The notes beneath the pieces are model-generated. The model did no database searches, was not told the origin of the DNA, and was given only the letters and a program-made list of their open reading frames with translations. A stretch of DNA of 64,000 nucleotides from contig CAJARJ010000015.1 of assembly GCA_903944345.1 (NCBI GenBank), positions 70,433-134,432 of the forward strand, read 5' to 3'. The stretch comes from Candidatus Omnitrophota bacterium. GTDB taxonomy: Bacteria; Omnitrophota; Gorgyraeia; Zapsychrales; Fredricksoniimonadaceae. Position numbers and translations under genes: made by a program. Positions 40,501 to 50,417 of this stretch are shown in pieces (the first letter of the stretch is position 1; each line of letters opens with the position of its first letter).

Positions 40501-43500
40501 TGAAACTGGCCAGATGTCCATACTGCTGAGCATCTGTCTCGGTAGCATTGAGTTGTCGTAAGACCACCTGGCTGTGTGTCCATGACAGCTCAAAAACCCG
40601 ATCCGCAATGCGACGATCCTGATATTTATCCACAAGAGCCAGAGCGTTTTCGCGGGTTTCACCAATGCCGGAAACCATATCAATAGTTACGACTTGCCCC
40701 GGCTCAAGGATCATCCGACTCCGGATTGCCAGAGCCGGATCCAGCACCGAACCCTGGCTTCCTGAGAGCGCTCCCAGATTATTCATCGCTACAGGTTTAG
40801 CAATAGTGTCCCCGCGGCCAATAAACAGCATCCGATCCGTCTCATAAGAAACCTTCTGGACATCAGCTCCATGCACTGACATTAAATGAAACAGCCAGGG
40901 GACCTGCTCATCGACAGAACGGGGACGCCGGGAGCAAAGAATCGCCTGCCGCCGCTCGACAATTTCTGTCTGCACAAAAAGATTGCTGAACATAGGATGC
41001 AAAACATCTGCGGCTTGTGGCGCCAGTACTACCTCCGCATAGCTGGTCACATCGATCTCCCGTCTTACCCGGGAACGGTTAGTAATCCGAACGCGTCGCA
41101 ATTCAATATCATCCTCCGGAGAAACAACAATCTCGGTATGCGTGTCCAGACCGTAATCACGCCGATTGAACTCCGCTCGCCCCTCGGAGAAAATGGCTTC
41201 ATAATTTTCTGACTGTTGAAGTGTCGGCTGAAAGGCGGTCGACCAGAATTGGCCAGTCGCCAGATCGCGAATGAAACAAAACATTCCCCAGTTATCGCAG
41301 GTAACGTCCTCGCGCCAACGGGTAACGGCAAGGTCTTTCCAACGGCTGTAGCCCCCTCCCGCATTCGTAACCACAACATGATATCTGCCGTTCGATAACA
41401 ACTGTACTTCCGGAATCAGGGTGTCCGGCGTTTTCAATACGCGAATGGGCGTCTGCACTCCGCTGGAAAGTGTTTGAATATTGGAAAGCTCATTGGCATG
41501 GACATAAAACGGAATGCTTTGCGGAACTCTCTCCTGAAGCAGCAATGTGGTTGCCTGAAAAAGCGGGTCGGACATAAATCGCTTTTGCATGGGACGGTCC
41601 AGTAACAGATAAGCCAAAGAAAGAAGACTCATGCCTTGATGATGAGCCAGGAACGAATGAAGTATCGTATTCGGCCTGCCTCTGCGCTGACGTGACGGAG
41701 TATGATCTACCGATTCATACAAGCCATATTTTCCCATCACCCCCTCAGCTTCAAGGCGCTGCAAATTCTGACATGCCTGCTCAGGCTCCACCATTAATGC
41801 CAATGCAGAAGCATACGGCGCAATAACCAGATCCTCCGCCAATCCGCGCTTAAAGCCTAAACCGGGAACGCCAAACGCGCGGTACTGATAGTTTAAACTA
41901 ACATCGATGGCACTATAACCCGACTCCGAAATGCCCCAGGCAACGCCACGCTGTTTTCCATATTCAATCTGCCTTTCCACTGCTGACTGACAAGTCTGCT
42001 CAAGCAAGGTATTTTCATATGTCGGCATCACTAAAAGCGGCATCAGGTATTCAAACATCGATCCGCTCCAGGACAAAAGAATTGATTTCCCGCCAGCTGT
42101 TGTAAGCAGGCGGCCAAGCGCAAACCAGCTTTCCTGAGGAATTTGTCCCTGCGCAATCGCAGTGAAATAGCACAACCTGGCCTCGGACGCCAAAAGATCG
42201 TAAGAACTTGCATCCAGTTTCCGTTCCTCAACATGATATCCGACTGATAACAGTCGCCGCACCGGGTCATAAAGAAAAGCATAATCCATCAGGGCAAAAT
42301 CACCCGATTGCCGGGCTAAGCGTTCTATATCTACAATCCTCCCACGCGCGCTGGCACCTATCTCGCCCGCAATCCTGGACAGCTCACGCAAGGTCGGTAT
42401 CCGTGTCATGCCGGCAAAATCATTCGGAACAAGAAGTTTCAGATCTTCCAGGGCATTACGGCATTGCTCAACAAAGGCACGGATCCACTCTGCCGCTGCC
42501 TGCTCGGACGCAGGAGAAAGTTTTCCGATAAATCCTTCGGCATTTCGGGGCAGCCGTTCAAGCCAGAAACGGATCTGTTCAAACGTGGGGTCGCTTACAA
42601 TACAAGCCGACTCAAGGTCTTGCTCCAGCGGAGCAAGCATAAGTGAATCCGGCTCCTTCATCGAATCCTTCAAAACCACAAGGGTGTCTCTTAAACCCTC
42701 AAACAACCGCGCCCCCAGAATGCTTTTGTCAACCAGAGCCAACAACCCCGGCCGTAGTGTCAAAAGAAAACCCGCCAGGTTGCCACTGTCCACTGTCGAT
42801 ATATAGCTTGGAAGAAGCGGTTGCAGCGATTGGGTATCATACCAGTTATAAAAATGTCCTCTCTCCCGTTTCAGACTCTCCATTGTGCGAAAAGTATTCC
42901 GGGTTCGTTCAATTAACGCCCCCGCCGATATGTAGCCAAAATCGTACGCAGACAAGTTTGCCAATAATGCCAGGCCTACATTGGTAGGTGACGTGCGCGG
43001 TGCAACCTTAATAGCGCGGTTTTCCTGATAGTTATCCGGGGGCAGCCAATGGTTATCAGGCCCGACAAATGTCTCAAAAAAACCCCAGGTTTTACGAGAA
43101 AGTTTACGAAGAAAAACAAGCTGTTCTGCACTGAGCTTTACTTCTCGCGGTTTTAATAACCGGCTAATCCACCAGGCAATCGCTGGAGACGCGCCCCATA
43201 ACAACAAAACCGCACCCGCCGCACTCAAAGCCCACGGGTCTGTTACCATCAAATAGACGAACATCAATGCCGCAATCGCCGGTGCAATCCACATCAACCG
43301 GAACGAACCAATCAAGTCTGCGCAGCGCACATCCTGATCCGTAGTCGAATTCCATTCCAAAAGACCTTTGCGGGTTATAATCATCCGCACTCCGGTGCGC
43401 AGAATCGCATCCAGACAAAAGAACGCCTCATACGGAAGACACACAAAAGTGAAAGCCCTTTGAGCAAAACACCAGCCCGTGGAACGTGCAACCGTCTTTA

Positions 43501-46165
43501 GGTGCAGTGCCAACAGAACATCCTTCGGTTTGTGTAGCGCGTCCAAAAATGAAGTGATCATCGGAGGGAGAAAAAGGATCCCGAGAACTGTCCAGGTCCA
43601 GAACCCGGGTGACAACCAAACCGTCCACCCCATCAATAAAAGAATAGTTAACGCCCCCGGCACAAGACTGCGCCGCAAATTATCCAGGATTTTCCATTGC
43701 GATAACTGCGAAAGGATATTTCTCTGTTTATCGCGGTTTAATGCCGGCACTTTTGACCATAACCATCCTGCTATCTGCCAATCTCCACGAATCCAACGAT
43801 GCCGACGCTTGACATCCACACTGTAACAAAAGGGATACTCTTCATAAAACTCCACATCACTTAACAACCCTGAACGCGCATAACACCCCTCAACCAGATC
43901 ATGACTAAGAATTCTTCCCTCAGGAAAGCGCCCTTTAACTGCTTGTTCAAATACATCCAGATCATAAATTCCTTTGCCAATATATGAACCTTCTTCGAAA
44001 ACATCCTGGTAAGCATCGGACACCATACGCGTATAGGGGTCTATTCCCGGTTCACCACCGTACAGGCGTGCATAATAAGAACGGTTTGCGCTGGGAAGAC
44101 TCATGCTCACCCGCGGCTGAAGGATGCCATACCCCTCGCTTACACATTGCTTGCTTTCGTCATAGAGGGCCCGATTCAGCGGATGAGCCATTGTTTCTAC
44201 AAGTTTACGTGCGCAATCACGTGGCAGTTGAGTATCTGTATCCAATGTAATGATATATCTAACATCTTTCAGGATCGCCATGTCGCCGACAATAAGTGCA
44301 AACTTTTCCTTTACCCCCCCGCGCAGAAGGCTATTCAGGTCCGCCAGTTTCCCCCGCTTTCGCTCATAACCCATCCAGATCTTATCCAGGGGGTTCCAGC
44401 GCCGAGGACGATGAAAAAGAAAAAAGATGCCGTCTTTTCCATTTCTGTATTTTGCATTAAGCTTTTCAATGTTTGATTGAGCCAACTCCAGGAGGAATTT
44501 GTCCTCAGGCAATTCTTCCTGAAACGCATCCCGGAAATCCGTCAATAAACCAAAATGCAGATGCTCATCGCGATTAGCCAGGAACCGCACTTCCAGTGCC
44601 TCAACAAGACTTTCTATATTCTGCGCACTGGTGATCATCGTGGGGACAACCGTTAAAGTCCGGAATGCCGGGGGAATCCCATTGGAATAGTCCATCCGTG
44701 GCAAGCACCGGGGCGTTACAAGAGCCATCGCCAGGCCGTTAACCAGCTCTAAAGCCAGCTGACTGACGGCAACGATTACAAGAACACCAAGAATTATGAA
44801 TTGTCCGCCAGAAACATTCCTGATGTTCGGATCGGCGAATAAGACACCCGCCAGGAGAAGTGTGCTGATAACAATCGCTCCCAGATACAGAAATATTGAA
44901 TATCGTTTAGCAGTCCTGGCTAGAATACCTGGAGTGGAAAGATATACCTGCGCCACTCGTTCAAGCTGAGGAAAGCCTTTATCAATCAGATAGAAACCAA
45001 CATGTGCCGTGCGATCAGAATTTCCAGTCTTGCGCGCTGCCTCATCTGCCAATTGGATCGCCAGTTGCGCCACTTCGGATTCGGTATACCTGCTCCTTTT
45101 CGCTGTTTTCTCTACAACATGACGATAACGATCTCTTGTAGTAAAATCCATCTGACAATAATACTCGCCCGGATCAGCCCGCAATATCTTCTCAACAGCA
45201 CTCATCTTTTCAACAAATTCCCGCCAATCCATAGCGCTTAACAAACGAAGGCTGCCAATACTATTACTGATAGAAACCTGATCAGCCGCCTGATGCTGAT
45301 TCCCCAAATGAACCAAATGCTCGATCGTCAACCCGGCCTCGGAAAGCCACTGCTTAACCCAGGTCAGAGGCAATGCCAAAGACGGACTCTGTCCAGATAA
45401 ACGGCGGGTTAGTTCAGCAATAAATGCATTCGACATCGGCGGCTTGGAGCGTGCCATGTCGGCAACTACCAGTATTAAGCTTTTGGGATCCTTTTCAGCA
45501 ATCAAAGCCATTTGGTCTGCCCAAAAATTAGCCAGATCCTGATCGGTCCTTTCAACAATAATGCGGGTGGCGACCCGCCTTAGATTCTCAATCAGAGCAA
45601 GACGCAGCATAATCGGTATGCCCCACAGTTCACCCAGATCGAGGGGCGTAATTTTCTGATAGGCCACGACAAAACAACAAAGAATTTCCGGATCTACCCG
45701 TCCGTCGCCATGAGCAATCATCTCCAGGGCAATGTCATACACACGAGGCAACCCCGCAGACGCCCCGTTGATTAAAAGAGGCAATTCCCGATGATAACTC
45801 TTGGGCAAATGCCGCTCGGCTATACGTACTTGTTCTTCGATCAGATAGAAATTGTCAAGCAGCCATTCTCCCGCCGGCGTAATTAAACGTTTGGCATTCA
45901 CCGCTGCCGTCAGCAAGGTATGGGCTCCAAGCAGAAGATCTTCGTTCTCAGCCAGTTTGGTCAGAAGTAATTGAGAACCACGCACCCTGGTTAGTCTGTG
46001 CATGCCCGCCAACACTTTGCCATGCTGCTGCATCTGACTACTGCTGAACAATTCCGAACGCAACGGCGACTCTTCCGGCCCATGTTTTATAACCAGATTT
46101 CTCGCGAACAGATGCGCATACCATCCTCGAAATAATATCTTTATCGTCGTGACAATACCCTTCAT
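37514..46165 (-). CDS. Cyclic beta-1,2-glucan synthase (GT84 plus GH94 phosphorylase; Cgs/NdvB/ChvB family)
   Basis: About 2880 aa; WLLDNFY, WMGYERKRGK, LSHDLVEG, RRHRWIRGDWQ, QSGGAFGYRDQLQD, DWNDG, RENGGQY. Confidence 0.93.
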   Translation of the reverse strand: MKGIVTTIKILFRGWYAHLFARNLVIKHGPEESPLRSELFSSSQMQQHGKVLAGMHRLTRVRGSQLLLTKLAENEDLLLGAHTLLTAAVNAKRLITPAGEWLLDNFYLIEEQVRIAERHLPKSYHRELPLLINGASAGLPRVYDIALEMIAHGDGRVDPEILCCFVVAYQKITPLDLGELWGIPIMLRLALIENLRRVATRIIVERTDQDLANFWADQMALIAEKDPKSLILVVADMARSKPPMSNAFIAELTRRLSGQSPSLALPLTWVKQWLSEAGLTIEHLVHLGNQHQAADQVSISNSIGSLRLLSAMDWREFVEKMSAVEKILRADPGEYYCQMDFTTRDRYRHVVEKTAKRSRYTESEVAQLAIQLADEAARKTGNSDRTAHVGFYLIDKGFPQLERVAQVYLSTPGILARTAKRYSIFLYLGAIVISTLLLAGVLFADPNIRNVSGGQFIILGVLVIVAVSQLALELVNGLAMALVTPRCLPRMDYSNGIPPAFRTLTVVPTMITSAQNIESLVEALEVRFLANRDEHLHFGLLTDFRDAFQEELPEDKFLLELAQSNIEKLNAKYRNGKDGIFFLFHRPRRWNPLDKIWMGYERKRGKLADLNSLLRGGVKEKFALIVGDMAILKDVRYIITLDTDTQLPRDCARKLVETMAHPLNRALYDESKQCVSEGYGILQPRVSMSLPSANRSYYARLYGGEPGIDPYTRMVSDAYQDVFEEGSYIGKGIYDLDVFEQAVKGRFPEGRILSHDLVEGCYARSGLLSDVEFYEEYPFCYSVDVKRRHRWIRGDWQIAGWLWSKVPALNRDKQRNILSQLSQWKILDNLRRSLVPGALTILLLMGWTVWLSPGFWTWTVLGILFLPPMITSFLDALHKPKDVLLALHLKTVARSTGWCFAQRAFTFVCLPYEAFFCLDAILRTGVRMIITRKGLLEWNSTTDQDVRCADLIGSFRLMWIAPAIAALMFVYLMVTDPWALSAAGAVLLLWGASPAIAWWISRLLKPREVKLSAEQLVFLRKLSRKTWGFFETFVGPDNHWLPPDNYQENRAIKVAPRTSPTNVGLALLANLSAYDFGYISAGALIERTRNTFRTMESLKRERGHFYNWYDTQSLQPLLPSYISTVDSGNLAGFLLTLRPGLLALVDKSILGARLFEGLRDTLVVLKDSMKEPDSLMLAPLEQDLESACIVSDPTFEQIRFWLERLPRNAEGFIGKLSPASEQAAAEWIRAFVEQCRNALEDLKLLVPNDFAGMTRIPTLRELSRIAGEIGASARGRIVDIERLARQSGDFALMDYAFLYDPVRRLLSVGYHVEERKLDASSYDLLASEARLCYFTAIAQGQIPQESWFALGRLLTTAGGKSILLSWSGSMFEYLMPLLVMPTYENTLLEQTCQSAVERQIEYGKQRGVAWGISESGYSAIDVSLNYQYRAFGVPGLGFKRGLAEDLVIAPYASALALMVEPEQACQNLQRLEAEGVMGKYGLYESVDHTPSRQRRGRPNTILHSFLAHHQGMSLLSLAYLLLDRPMQKRFMSDPLFQATTLLLQERVPQSIPFYVHANELSNIQTLSSGVQTPIRVLKTPDTLIPEVQLLSNGRYHVVVTNAGGGYSRWKDLAVTRWREDVTCDNWGMFCFIRDLATGQFWSTAFQPTLQQSENYEAIFSEGRAEFNRRDYGLDTHTEIVVSPEDDIELRRVRITNRSRVRREIDVTSYAEVVLAPQAADVLHPMFSNLFVQTEIVERRQAILCSRRPRSVDEQVPWLFHLMSVHGADVQKVSYETDRMLFIGRGDTIAKPVAMNNLGALSGSQGSVLDPALAIRSRMILEPGQVVTIDMVSGIGETRENALALVDKYQDRRIADRVFELSWTHSQVVLRQLNATETDAQQYGHLASFIIYAHSLLRADSGVLVQNRRGQSGLWGNAISGDLPVVILQIGDPAHIELARQMVQAHAYWRLKGLAVDLVIWNEALSGYQQLLQEQIMGLISASGQGKLSHNSGEIFVRPAEQISSEERILLQSVARVIISDRRGTLASQINLRHPAEVPVPRLATFKAHHREAALPANIADNDLVFFNQLGGFSPEGREYVIKLSSGQVTPMPWVNVLANAHFGTIVSENGCAYTWSENAHEFRLTPWNNDPVNDLTGEALYLRDEETGHFWSPSPGPSRSKAPYVSRHGFGYSVFEHNEGGLHSELRVYVAVDASVKFSVLTIHNMSGRPRRLSATGYVEWVLGDMRSKTAMHVRTEVDHVNGALYARNLYNTEFSETIAFFCVDDMSRTISGDRTEFIGRNGSVQEPAALSRAHLSGKVGAALDPCAAIQVPFDLVDGEERKIVFTLGVGQGIEHVRKLIQRYCGLSGAQEASEAVSEYWTRTLGAVQVETPDKSLNILTNGWLLYQTLACRLWARSGYCQSGGAFGYRDQLQDVMALIHNEPGLVREHLLLCAAHQFYEGDVQHWWHPPEGRGLRSHCSDDYLWLPLATCRYVLTTGDTEVLDELTPLLQGRPVNADEDAYYDLPVQSPEKVSLYEHCRRAIVRGLAFGEHGLPLMGSCDWNDGMNLVGQKGKGESVWLGFFLYEVLVQFIGIAQERGDSAFTGICQMQSMQLRQNIEKHGWDGEWYRRAYFDDGAPLGSASNTECQIDSIAQSWSVLSGAGDGRRVQLAMEALSRRLIRRDSRIVQLLDPPFDKSSLNPGYIKGYVPGVRENGGQYTHAAIWAAMAFARLGDSRHAWEILDMINPVNHAKSLADINTYKVEPYVVAADVYGVSPHIGRGGWTWYTGSAGWMYRLILESLLGLRLQVDQLTIEPCIPLDWKEFKIQYRYRETIYQIKVLRLASGNNQESLTVDGVKQENKVIHLVDDRRHHQIEVCCRESSLSLKDQASDFEWARSRDGTV

Positions 46166-46273
46166 GCTAACACCTCCGAACATGAGCAGAAAAGGCTGGC
46201 ATGATCTGCTCCGTCCTTCATGTTCCTAAAATGTTGCTCTATAAATACTATTTTCTTCTATCCAGAGGACATT

Positions 46274-46320
46274 ATCTTAAAGAGGACCGAGAATGAATCA
46301 ATTGTACTGCGGTATAACAG
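46274..46320 (-). promoter_or_regulatory. Regulon box 3 plus promoter (cyclic glucan synthase)
   Basis: TTGTACTGCGGTATAA 46302-46317; minus TTGATT-16-TAAGAT. Confidence 0.8.
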
Positions 46321-46369
46321 GCGAATTTAGGGTAGACCTCTTGCGATTGCGCGAATGAAGCATCTCAAA

Positions 46370-47047
46370 TCATCCGCCCAAAGTAACATCTTGTTTCTGA
46401 TACCAGCTTAATGCCTGCAAGAAATGCTCTGGCTTGAAATCCGGCCAGTAAGCATCGAGTACAAAAATATCGGCGTAAATCGACTGTACCGGAAGAAAAC
46501 CGCTCAATCTGCTGCGCCCTCCCCACCGGATGATCAGGTCAATCCTGGATATTTCCGCCGATTTTATATTATTAACAATATTTCTTCGGGCCGGATCGGC
46601 CAGCTTCAATAAATTTAAATCCCATTCCCAGCCATAGTTGACCAAGAAATTTACCTTAACCCCTCCGTTCCCGAAGATGGTTCGTTTTGTAAAAGGCATC
46701 AATTCTTTCGGGAATGACGCCGAGTCACTATTGCCCAGAACTAACAAGGCGGCATCTTCCAAAGAAAGTATTCTGACCGCCTTAATACAGGCCTCCGTGA
46801 AAGCTCTCGTTTGCTCCGCAGGTCTTTTTACATTATCTGTTGTAAACCCGTAATAAGAAATCTCCTTGATACCCGTCTGCTGGCACAATCTAAAAAGAGT
46901 TAACCCTGGATCAATTCCCTGTTCATACCCCTTTTCTTTGGGCATTCCCTTTTTCTCGGACCATCGTCTGTTTCCGTCCGGAATGATCCCGATATGCTTT
47001 GGGTACCGCGCCCTGGCAGACTCTATACCGCTCGCTAACATGTGCAT
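46370..47047 (-). CDS. Short cis-prenyltransferase (UppS family) paralog
   Basis: PKHIGIIPDGNRRW, FTTDNVKRP, DLIIRWGGRSRLSGFL, YWPDF. Confidence 0.88.
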   Translation of the reverse strand: MHMLASGIESARARYPKHIGIIPDGNRRWSEKKGMPKEKGYEQGIDPGLTLFRLCQQTGIKEISYYGFTTDNVKRPAEQTRAFTEACIKAVRILSLEDAALLVLGNSDSASFPKELMPFTKRTIFGNGGVKVNFLVNYGWEWDLNLLKLADPARRNIVNNIKSAEISRIDLIIRWGGRSRLSGFLPVQSIYADIFVLDAYWPDFKPEHFLQALSWYQKQDVTLGG

Positions 47048-47096
47048 ATTGTCTCTTTCCAGCAGATAAATCTTAACGGATATTGCTTTGCAACAA

Positions 47097-47939
47097 TTAT
47101 CGACCAACAATCTTTTCCCCATTAAGGAATGACAGAAGATCAGCATTGAGCTTTCCCTTGTGGGTTTCGGTCAGTCCGTGAGGCGCGCCTTTATAGATCT
47201 TCAAGACCGAATTCCGAACAAGTTTCGCAGATGCCAAAGCCGCAGCGTCTATTGGCACGATCTGATCGTCATCACCATGAATAATGAGAGTCGGTACATC
47301 AAACTTTCTCAGGTCCTCGGTGAAATCTGTCTCGGAGAACGCTTTGATGCAGTCAAAAGTGTTCTTGTGACCGGCCCGCATCCCCTGGAGCCAGAACCAA
47401 TCAATCATACCCTGTGAAACCTTCGCTTTTTTACGATTAAAACCAAAGAACGGCCCCTTGGCCAGCATCATGTAGAATTCAGAGCGGTCGGATAATGAGC
47501 CAGAGCGAATACCATCAAACACTTCGATGGGAAGCCCGTTAGGATTAGCGACAGTCTTGAGCATAAGCGGTGGAACCGCCGAGATCAACGCAGCTTTTGC
47601 CAGACGTTTCGTACCATGGCGGCCGATATAACGGGCGATTTCTCCGCCGCCGGCTGAAAAGCCAACAAGCACAATATTTTTAAGGTCAAGACTGACAATG
47701 AGTTCCGCGAGGTCATCAGCATAGGTGTCCATTTCATTGCCATCCCAGGTCTGGCTAGAACGGCCATGTCCGCGACGGTCATGGGCGATGCAACGATACC
47801 CGTTAGAAGCCAAAAAGAACATTTGAGACTCCCAACTGTCCGCACTCAAAGGCCACCCATGACTCAATACGACAGGTTGACCAGAACCCCAGTCCTTATA
47901 GTAAATTTTTGTACCGTCCTTAATCGTGATCATACTCAT
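47097..47939 (-). CDS. cpo: Non-heme chloroperoxidase-type alpha/beta hydrolase
   Basis: [49 protein letters not shown]. Confidence 0.9.
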   Translation of the reverse strand: MSMITIKDGTKIYYKDWGSGQPVVLSHGWPLSADSWESQMFFLASNGYRCIAHDRRGHGRSSQTWDGNEMDTYADDLAELIVSLDLKNIVLVGFSAGGGEIARYIGRHGTKRLAKAALISAVPPLMLKTVANPNGLPIEVFDGIRSGSLSDRSEFYMMLAKGPFFGFNRKKAKVSQGMIDWFWLQGMRAGHKNTFDCIKAFSETDFTEDLRKFDVPTLIIHGDDDQIVPIDAAALASAKLVRNSVLKIYKGAPHGLTETHKGKLNADLLSFLNGEKIVGR

Positions 47940-48172
47940 AATTGGCCTCCTGTAACGTTCTCAATCAACTCCTGCACATGACACGTGCTCAGAATTAATA
48001 CGTTCTTTGCACCCACGGCTTCGACCCCAAATACTGCTGATTCAAAAACATCCTGCTTTAACTGTGCCTTAGATCGCCGAGGTAACCGGACTGTTTTCGC
48101 TTTCCCGGTGCACGCGCGGCTCTAGCGTAATTCCAGGCAACCAGAGAATTGCCCTCCCCCTTCTAGATTGGG

Positions 48173-48245
48173 ATTCTAGTAAAGCATCAAGAACGAAGCA
48201 ATTGTACTGAAGTTCAATAGCACATAGAAATGAGACGGATATACT
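48173..48245. promoter_or_regulatory. Regulon box 4 serving divergent promoters
   Basis: TTGTACTGAAGTTCAA 48202-48217; minus TTGCTT-17-TAGAAT and plus TAGCAC-16-TATACT. Confidence 0.7.
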
Positions 48246-48255
48246 GCGGCTAACC

Positions 48256-48708
48256 ATGATAGACATATCCAAAATAACCGAATACCTGTATGTGGGCTCC
48301 AAGATCGGAAAAGAGCATGCCGAGGAATTGAAGCTGCTTGAGTTTCATCTGATTATTTCCATGATTGGCCAAATGGCACCAGACACGATCTACGCCCTTC
48401 CCCCTTTCAAAACATTGTGGATCCGCACCTATGACACATTTTTCACTCCCATTTCGATCAAAAAACTGATGGTGGGAGTTGCAGCCGCCCGTCCCATAAT
48501 CCAAAACAAAGGCAAGGTCCTGGTTTTCTGTCTGCAAGGCAAACGCCGCAGCATTGCGATGGCCTCCGCTATTCTCATCAGCATGCGGTATACCAGCGAG
48601 GAAGCTGCCTGCTTGTTGACTACAGCTAGAAAAGTTGCTGATCCGAAAAGATGGTATATCCGGATGCAAATCAGGGCCTTTGAGAAATATTGGAAGGAAA
48701 CGCAATAG
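48256..48708 (+). CDS. Dual-specificity phosphatase family protein
   Basis: ITEYLYVGS, VLVFCLQGKRRS CX5R motif. Confidence 0.85.
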   Translation: MIDISKITEYLYVGSKIGKEHAEELKLLEFHLIISMIGQMAPDTIYALPPFKTLWIRTYDTFFTPISIKKLMVGVAAARPIIQNKGKVLVFCLQGKRRSIAMASAILISMRYTSEEAACLLTTARKVADPKRWYIRMQIRAFEKYWKETQ

Positions 48709-48710
48709 CC

Positions 48711-49691
48711 ATGGAAAAGAAAATACGAAATATTCACATCATTATTAATCCCGGCTCTGGAAAAGAAAAATCTATCTTGCCCGTAATCAATACGTTCATG
48801 CAGGCGGCAGGTATTAGGTGGGAAGCATCAATCACACATAAAGCAGGTGATGCGATCCGCCTAACCCGGACTGCCTCCCGAAATAAACTTGATGCCATCG
48901 CAGTCTATGGTGGAGACGGCACAGTGACGGAAGTGGTTAACGGCCTGGTCGGAACAGAAATCCCTCTGATTATTCTGCCAGGAGGATCGGCCAATGTCAT
49001 TGCCAACGAACTGGGCATCCCCTGGAATCTTAAAGAAGCCTGCGCGCTTATCAGTCAAAACCCGCTGAGAACAAGAAACATCGATGTCGGTCAGCTTAAT
49101 AACCGCTATTTTATTGCGGGAATCAGTATCGGGTTTGGAGCAGACTTAATCAAGGGCGCAAAACGTGAAGCCAAGAGCAAATTCGGGATTCTGGCCTACT
49201 TTTTCTCCCTGTTTACAGCCATGCAAAAACTTAAACTCACAATCTACCATCTTAAAGTTGACGGCGTTAGCCACGAGGTCAGCGGGATTACCTGCATTGT
49301 TGCCAACGCAGGCAATCTCGGTTTCACTAAAGTATCTCTGGACAAACACATCGACATCTGCGACGGATTATTAGATATTGTGATCGTGCGAAAAGCTGAC
49401 TTAAAACTCTTAAAGCTTATCGCCATCACGTTGATTAAACGCAGACGGCCGGACAATTTTGAATTAGTAAAGCATTTGCAAGGCAAAGAGATCAGTATAT
49501 CTTCAAATCACAAACAAATCATTCAATGTGACGGGGAGATATTAGAAAATCTGCCCCTTCACATCAAGATTGTTCCCGGTGCAATCAGGGTTTTGATCCC
49601 GGGGAAATATAATAAAATCATTGCACAAACATCTTTGGAGCCTAACTGTCAGGACAAAGGCATCTTTTTCGACTCTCTGAATATATCCTGA
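48711..49691 (+). CDS. YegS/DgkB-type diacylglycerol/lipid kinase
   Basis: IINPGSG, GGDGT, LPGGSAN, DGLLD, CDGE. Confidence 0.9.
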   Translation: MEKKIRNIHIIINPGSGKEKSILPVINTFMQAAGIRWEASITHKAGDAIRLTRTASRNKLDAIAVYGGDGTVTEVVNGLVGTEIPLIILPGGSANVIANELGIPWNLKEACALISQNPLRTRNIDVGQLNNRYFIAGISIGFGADLIKGAKREAKSKFGILAYFFSLFTAMQKLKLTIYHLKVDGVSHEVSGITCIVANAGNLGFTKVSLDKHIDICDGLLDIVIVRKADLKLLKLIAITLIKRRRPDNFELVKHLQGKEISISSNHKQIIQCDGEILENLPLHIKIVPGAIRVLIPGKYNKIIAQTSLEPNCQDKGIFFDSLNIS

Positions 49692-50046
49692 GCCTGAAAA
49701 ATAGTCAGCCACTTTTCTTCCGCAAAAGCACACAAAAAAGCCTTCCCAGCCATAACAAGATAAACAAGAGCAAACACAAAACCCACCCACAGCTTTGTCT
49801 GCGCACTATAAGGTGCGTATAAAAAAAGGTGATGTGAAAAAGAACAATTCCGCTAAATAGAAACACTAATGAGATCCCTATTCCCAAATAACTTAGAAAC
49901 AGCAAGCGACAGGCCTTAATAATTTTCAGATAGAAGAGCTTCATTTTAAGCTGCGAGGCTTCCTGCGCCTCACCTTTGTTGAACGCAAAATCACGGGCGA
50001 ACTTAACGAAGAAGGTCATCAAATATGACATTAAAATTTTATGCAT
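49649..50046 (-). pseudogene. Two-TM membrane protein after DUF883, frameshifted in T7 run
   Basis: Adding one T at 49821-49827 gives HITFFLYAPYSAQTKLWVGFVFALVYLVMAG...AEEKWL to stop at 49649. Confidence 0.55.
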
Positions 50047-50072
50047 AACGGCTTCTTTCTGTTTATACCGGG

Positions 50073-50112
50073 AACTTTTCCCTAAGACAAAATTCTGTCT
50101 TAGGGAAAAGTT
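50073..50112. repeat. Perfect 17-bp-stem hairpin
   Basis: AACTTTTCCCTAAGACA-AAATTC-TGTCTTAGGGAAAAGTT. Confidence 0.85.
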
Positions 50113-50115
50113 GAA

Positions 50116-50352
50116 CTAATTCCTGCTTCTGCCAATGACTAAACCCAATAAAAGAGCGCCAATACCCACCCCGGCCACAATGGGCCAGGGATTCTCATGA
50201 ACTTGTTTGTCTACATCAGAAGCCCATTGGTTAACTTTTTCTTGCCCCTGCCTGATTCGTTTCTCTGCTTCACTCAATGCGTCTTTAATTTGACTTTCCC
50301 CCTGCTCAAGGGTGAGGTGAGCACAATTCCCAGCTTTTTCTGGCTCTGCCAT
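50116..50352 (-). CDS. DUF883 / ElaB-YqjD family tail-anchored protein
   Basis: DKQVHENPWPIVAGVGIGALLLGLVIGRSRN. Confidence 0.88.
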   Translation of the reverse strand: MAEPEKAGNCAHLTLEQGESQIKDALSEAEKRIRQGQEKVNQWASDVDKQVHENPWPIVAGVGIGALLLGLVIGRSRN

Positions 50353-50417
50353 AACATTCTCCTTATTCAATGTTTACTGAAGTTTTTCCAAATCATATTT
50401 CTACTGCAACACAAACC

